A program made the translations under genes and the position numbers. Below the pieces are notes generated by a model, which was given only the letters and a program-made list of their open reading frames with translations, was not told the DNA's origin and did not search any database. From sequence record LR756500.1: 41,940 nt of DNA; one strand, written 5' to 3'. This document shows positions 38,001-41,940 of this stretch, in pieces. Position 1 is the first letter of the stretch, and the number at the start of each line of letters is the position of its first letter.

Positions 38001-39591
38001 CACCAGTAGCAGACTCACATAGTATATCAGTCGTAAAAAAATTATCATTATCATTTTGTATAGCAACAGAATTTGCAAATATTTTTGAACTACCATCAGG
38101 CCCAATATGCAATGCTATATTCCCAGTAGATAAAATAGAATTACTTATTCGTAATATTGCATCATTATTTATATAAATAGCGTCTGAACCTGCATTTTTA
38201 AAAGTTGCTCCTATTAATACCATTTCTGCATTTGGTCCATCTGCATAAAAAGCTTTTACTACTTTTGCCGGTGCTCCACACATATATGAACAATTAGTAC
38301 CAACAATTGTACTATATCCCGTGCATCTAATTAAATTTTCATATTGAGTACCGATATAATAATTTGCTACATTAAATAGATGAATAACTCCTCTAGATGT
38401 TGCTTGATTTCCCCATATTCCATAATATCCTGCTCTGATAAATACATAGTCTAAAATAAATGGTATATAACTTTCTCTTATATAATATATAGTAGAATAA
38501 CCGGTACCTGTAGGTCCCTCTAAACTTAAATTTTTTAATATAGATGCTTCATAACCTATAATAAAATTATTATTATTATCCGATGTTTTAATTATAGTAT
38601 TTAAAAATCCTGCACCTTCTATTATAACATAACTTTTAAGTGTAAATGGATCTTCAATAAAAGTACCTGGACCTACTTCAATTTTATAATAATTACTTGA
38701 ACTATTATCTAATATAGAATCATTTGCATCTTTAACTGAAGTAAAATCTACATCTCCTGATTTTCCAACTTTTATAATATGTTCTATTTTACCAATTTCT
38801 ATTCCATTATATAATAAATCTCCAGCAGTATTAACATTTAAATTATCTAACACATCTTTATTTATATGATTATGTCTATCTATAGTGTTAGCCGCAACAT
38901 CTATATTATTAGAAACTTCAATATCAAAATCTGATATAGATAAAGCAGTTTGTGTTCCAGTATGATTATTTCTATCTAAATAATATGATGGTAATTCTGC
39001 ACCTAATTTTTCAGAATCATCTACTATGCCATTATTATTAATATCATAAGTAGATTTTTCCATGTCTCCTACTGCAAAACCAGGAACATTTGTAATATTA
39101 TTCCAATGTACTAAAGCACTTCCGCTTGTTTGTAAATTAGTTTTTGTATAATAATTATCGAAATTTAAAGCTAATTCATCTATTGCATATTGAACCTGAA
39201 CTGCCATTAATCCACTAGTACCATTATCATATATAATTTCACTAGCATCCCATTGAGGATCTCCGGCATATTCCCAAGTAGCTCCATTAGATCTATATAA
39301 TCCTCTTAATTTTCTATTTAATAAAAATACACTACCTGTTTCTGTAATTACATAATAAACTTGTCCAATATTAGAAGCTGCAGCTGGTAATAAAGCAAAT
39401 GTATTTACTGTTGGATATGCAGATCCACCACTTGGAAGATTACTCACATTAACCTTTATACGATTTTGTGCAGAATCATATACAAAGTTAAGAATATCTC
39501 CTATTGTATAAATTGCATTTAATTCACCTGAACCACTTTCATAAACATCATTCCATATATGCGATGCTGTATATACTTCTCCATTAGCCAT
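35086..39591 (-). CDS. Large fibre/spike-like structural protein with possible pectin-lyase-like beta-helix
   Basis: 1501 aa; VGKSGDVDFTSVKDA..IEVGPGTF, DHxxLxGLxxDDHPQY, KLDGIESGA, RxNHTGTQ motifs. Confidence 0.7.
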   Translation of the reverse strand: MANGEVYTASHIWNDVYESGSGELNAIYTIGDILNFVYDSAQNRIKVNVSNLPSGGSAYPTVNTFALLPAAASNIGQVYYVITETGSVFLLNRKLRGLYRSNGATWEYAGDPQWDASEIIYDNGTSGLMAVQVQYAIDELALNFDNYYTKTNLQTSGSALVHWNNITNVPGFAVGDMEKSTYDINNNGIVDDSEKLGAELPSYYLDRNNHTGTQTALSISDFDIEVSNNIDVAANTIDRHNHINKDVLDNLNVNTAGDLLYNGIEIGKIEHIIKVGKSGDVDFTSVKDANDSILDNSSSNYYKIEVGPGTFIEDPFTLKSYVIIEGAGFLNTIIKTSDNNNNFIIGYEASILKNLSLEGPTGTGYSTIYYIRESYIPFILDYVFIRAGYYGIWGNQATSRGVIHLFNVANYYIGTQYENLIRCTGYSTIVGTNCSYMCGAPAKVVKAFYADGPNAEMVLIGATFKNAGSDAIYINNDAILRISNSILSTGNIALHIGPDGSSKIFANSVAIQNDNDNFFTTDILCESATGEIYYSGSLTKSKLDLVIGTKSTINSIDTSNGNEGNVNMGEIFLGPVNIESENINFFPLSSYMHDTIGTGRVNGGEVFTVTGGLFLHVNAGKGYINNNGEISQINWDAQEIEITDLNARLYVFINSLGIAGTMLGHPNHETEIELAVVQTNDTDIVFLNKHYIDLLQTTERDHRYKSLILGPLSNSGNITSINNLDPLSFDVTAGDYYISDNRYLTSSATNVTFTYWYNIGSNWYQIQNQTQIDDNNYNDIDTGITAIPLGKFKKDILFVTQNEEYTEYHVLYGNTLYDTQLTAEIGSYPITPEVLLSYSLRIAGIICSLGSTIVSIVDERPKLGQFANQSSSITSHNDLTNMNGESPFMHLSQASYDLVTNDLSSVVSKVAGIEEGAQVNPIIQTLPVNTGFDFDYIVTSNGDGTCTVPANSASFLNDAKTSISRINIALNSSLSLIDLDINYILADRDTGTWITTNDHSIIHNLRYLLYAECYRSGNNLHIQMLPIYGYEQDAKNYARIAHTNRYGRESGLDIIAVDSSLNITSNGGIVYSIVYENTISPISVATRQFFNYHVGGVWTVTSHTSPVINNTQYDDGTNLVTLTDTYWTINYLWKGIELQDHCYTILGNEEFATSDLAKASKTISMLPSLITSHGMLMGRIIVQKGATTGYIIESAFDTIYQGSSNITDHSSLIGLNNDDHPQYLLANGTRSLSGDLNVGGNDITNVGTVDGRDLSIDGSKLDGIESGATIDQIASEVPFTPNGDITAINVQSAIVEVRDDTDTKLSSKVSTSITVNGYALSSNVTLSKSDLSLGNVTNDAQLKRSANDFNTFTEKTSISTTDVILIEDSGALGVKKYVQLENLKKQSITFSASRNSNVNSDIDLRYGDGVPTNISPFVVPVNCKLKSISASNLTSTNETWTASVLVNNVEVATLSINNTFYAYRSDLSVSISTGDRIRLRFLVGSSGSVQSPAISIFMIEV

Positions 39592-39642
39592 TTCAAACTA
39601 TATTTTATTATATATATTAGAATAATTTTAGAAAGTTTGAAT

Positions 39643-39652
39643 GATATATAAT
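39643..39652 (+). promoter_or_regulatory. GATATATAAT upstream of tnpB frame
   Basis: Same motif as phage late genes, on plus strand, ~17 nt before the open frame. Confidence 0.5.
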
Positions 39653-39668
39653 TTATATAAAAAAATAA

Positions 39669-40886
39669 TATAAAATTAAAACTCTCAAACTTAAAATAAA
39701 AAACCTTTCTAAACCTAACTATTCTAAACTTCTAGAACAATGCAACCACTCAAGAGCCCTTTACAACTCGGCTCTCTATATAGCAAATGAACATTATAAA
39801 CAAACTCTTTCCTACATCGGCTACAACGACCTCTATAAAGAACTTAAAGACAACATCCATTATAACTCACTTAACAAACCGACTGCTCAACAAATCATTA
39901 AACTTGTAGACAAAAACTTTAAATCGTTTTTTGCTCTACTTAAAAAGAAAAAATCAAACTCATCTATAGGACAAATTAATTCACCTCAATATAAAAAGTC
40001 TGATTCATTATTTAATTTGATTAAGCCGATTCAGAAAGAGAGTAATTCGATAAGAAAGGGATTTTTAAATATTTATAATTGGCTTAAGATACCATATACA
40101 CATGAAATAGACGGAAACATTAAGCAATTTACAATCAAACCTATAAACAATGGTCAGTTTTTTTATTTGTATATTGTTTATGAAGAAAATAAAAAAGAAG
40201 AAGTAAAAATAAATAAAAATAGATACTTAAGTATAGATTTAGGCATTAATAATTTGATGGCTACATTTGATTCAACTGGACGTTCAATAATAATAAACGG
40301 TAAACCTCTTAAAGCATATAACAGTTGGTTCAACATAAAGAAATCAAGTATTCAGTCAGAGCTAGAAATAAAAAATAAAAAGAAATGGAGTAAAAGATTA
40401 CAGAATTTAAATGAAGATAGAAAGAATTTTATAAATAATTATTTTAATCAATCAGTAAATAGAATAGTTAAGCATTGTATAGTTAATGATATTGGAACAG
40501 TAATTGTTGGATATAATAAGAAATGGAAGCAGGATACTAAAGAGTTAGGTAAAAAATTTAATCGTAAATTCCAACAAATTCCGCATTTTATATTGAAGGA
40601 AAAGTTGAGTAATAAATGTAGTGATTATGGAATAGATTTGGTATTTCATGAAGAGAGTTATACTAGTAAGTGTGATGCATTAGCGATAGAGAAGTTAAAG
40701 AAGCAAGATGTTTATTTAGGTAAAAGGATAAAAAGAGGATTGTTCCAGTCAAGTGTAGGAAAGTTGATAAATGCTGATGTGAATGGAGCGATGAATATAA
40801 TGAGAAAAGTAGTCAGTGATTCCCAGTTTAAAGGGATAGTTGATAATAGGTTAATAGTACAACCTTTAATGATTAACATCTTATAA
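39669..40886 (+). mobile_element. tnpB: IS200/IS605-family TnpB RNA-guided nuclease (solo, no tnpA); frame open from 39669, ORF track shows only 40017-40886
   Basis: RuvC-I SIDLGINNL, RuvC-II EESYTSK, RuvC-III NADVNGAMNI; upstream same-frame residues ..CNHSRALYNSALY..AQQIIKLVDKNFKSFF are typical TnpB N-terminus. Confidence 0.92.
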
Positions 40887-41053
40887 ATGTACTATATATT
40901 AGAATTGAAATCTCTCTATAATAATATTTGCTGTATTAATTATTTTAAATTTAGTATGCTTAGTTATATCTAGACACTTCTATTACAACTATAAATTATT
41001 TAAATATATTCCTATTTAAAATAATTGCGTATACTATGATTCACGATTTAAAC

Positions 41054-41085
41054 AAAAAAGACTCTTAGAAATAAGAGTCTTTTTT
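41054..41085. terminator. Bidirectional terminator-like hairpin between tnpB and Hef-like copy 5
   Basis: AAAAAAGACTCTTA-gaaa-TAAGAGTCTTTTTT, 14-bp stem incl. A/T tails. Confidence 0.85.
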
Positions 41086-41940
41086 CCATTCAAATTTATA
41101 ATTTCCTGTTCCAAAACATCTGTAATATCCCCTATCATGCATTATCTCCACTTCAGTCATTGATGGATCCGCTCCTTCCTTAACTAATTTATCTTTTCTA
41201 AATTTAAACCTATTCTCCCTAATTCCATCTACTACCCACCAATAATTTATATCAGTATGTCCTAAGTATTTAAAACCTAATTTAGTATATAAATTATCTT
41301 GCTCATTTGGTGTCCAATCACAATCAGCATAACTAATTACTCTATTAGGTTTATATTCATCTAAAAAGTATTTAAACAAACGACTTGCACCTCCTATTAC
41401 ACTAATATTCAATTTATTAGCAAACCTTAAAAGTTCAAATTCTCCTTCAATTGCCTTTTGACCTAAATTCTTTCTAAGAGATCCAAATGTCATCAAAGAT
41501 ACCAACTCATCATTATAATACAAACCTAATTTAACAGCTGCATTTGCATTACCTTGCAAATGATTCATATTTAAAAACTCTCTACTATTACTAGAATTAA
41601 CGGTTTTAATTACACACTTACGTGCATACATAGTTTCATTTAAATTTAATAATCCCTTTATTCTAGATTTTACTATCTCTTGCTTATTTAACCATAAATC
41701 TTCCCATATATGCACTAACTTAACTCCCTTTTCTTTAGCTAATTTAGTTTTATTTAAATGATAATCTTTAGGTTTATTAAATTCATTGTGCCAATAAACT
41801 CCATTATGCTCAAAACCTAAATTATATAAAGGTATATAAATATCTATCTCATCACCATTTAAAACATTTCTATCTTTCTTTGTTTCTATATTTAAACTTT
41901 CTATAAACTCTTTAATCTCATTTTCAGATTTACTTGTATA
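41065..41940 (-). CDS. Hef-like putative homing endonuclease, copy 5 (partial, runs off right edge)
   Basis: Frame is open to 41940: YTSKSENEIKEF..EIDIYIPLYNLGFEHNGVYWH.., then Mom-like domain as in the ORF track. Confidence 0.88.
   Translation of the reverse strand, partial: YTSKSENEIKEFIESLNIETKKDRNVLNGDEIDIYIPLYNLGFEHNGVYWHNEFNKPKDYHLNKTKLAKEKGVKLVHIWEDLWLNKQEIVKSRIKGLLNLNETMYARKCVIKTVNSSNSREFLNMNHLQGNANAAVKLGLYYNDELVSLMTFGSLRKNLGQKAIEGEFELLRFANKLNISVIGGASRLFKYFLDEYKPNRVISYADCDWTPNEQDNLYTKLGFKYLGHTDINYWWVVDGIRENRFKFRKDKLVKEGADPSMTEVEIMHDRGYYRCFGTGNYKFEWKKDSYF

Noticed and set aside
39592-41050. Autonomous IS200/IS605 element
   Set aside because: No tnpA or serine-recombinase ORF next to tnpB in the window; left end not identifiable.
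1-41940. Stop-codon reassignment, as in some large phages
   Set aside because: Long genes are uninterrupted in code 11 and both TAA and TAG (15189, 29262) act as plausible ends.

Overview
A very AT-rich segment of a large T4-like myophage genome, almost entirely coded on the minus strand, with standard genetic code and no tRNA, rRNA or CRISPR array visible. Core genes: tail tube, tail sheath, large and small terminase, gp14-like neck protein, RNase H/5'-3' exonuclease, gp44-like clamp loader, two fibre-like structural genes. The core is heavily overlaid with unusual elements. (1) Two fractured essential genes: TerL and the clamp loader are each split in two, carry split-intein halves, and have a free-standing endonuclease gene between the halves; the TerL intein is atypically split and ends Ser-Gln instead of His-Asn. 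(2) Five paralogous Hef-like genes fusing a variable Zn/KYG-repeat N-terminus, a Vsr/DUF559-like nuclease and a Mom-like GNAT domain, with mosaic near-identical 3' halves. (3) A set of genes starting with a T4 capsid-targeting-sequence (CTS)-like leader, including an LRR gene flanked by a perfect 42-bp direct repeat that encodes the leader (cassette-like), and an AAA+/vWA-metallopeptidase pair. (4) A terminase ATPase paralogue with all catalytic motifs degenerate. (5) A solo tnpB with no canonical start codon. All family assignments come from motif recognition by eye, not database searches; ten N-runs hide parts of several genes.
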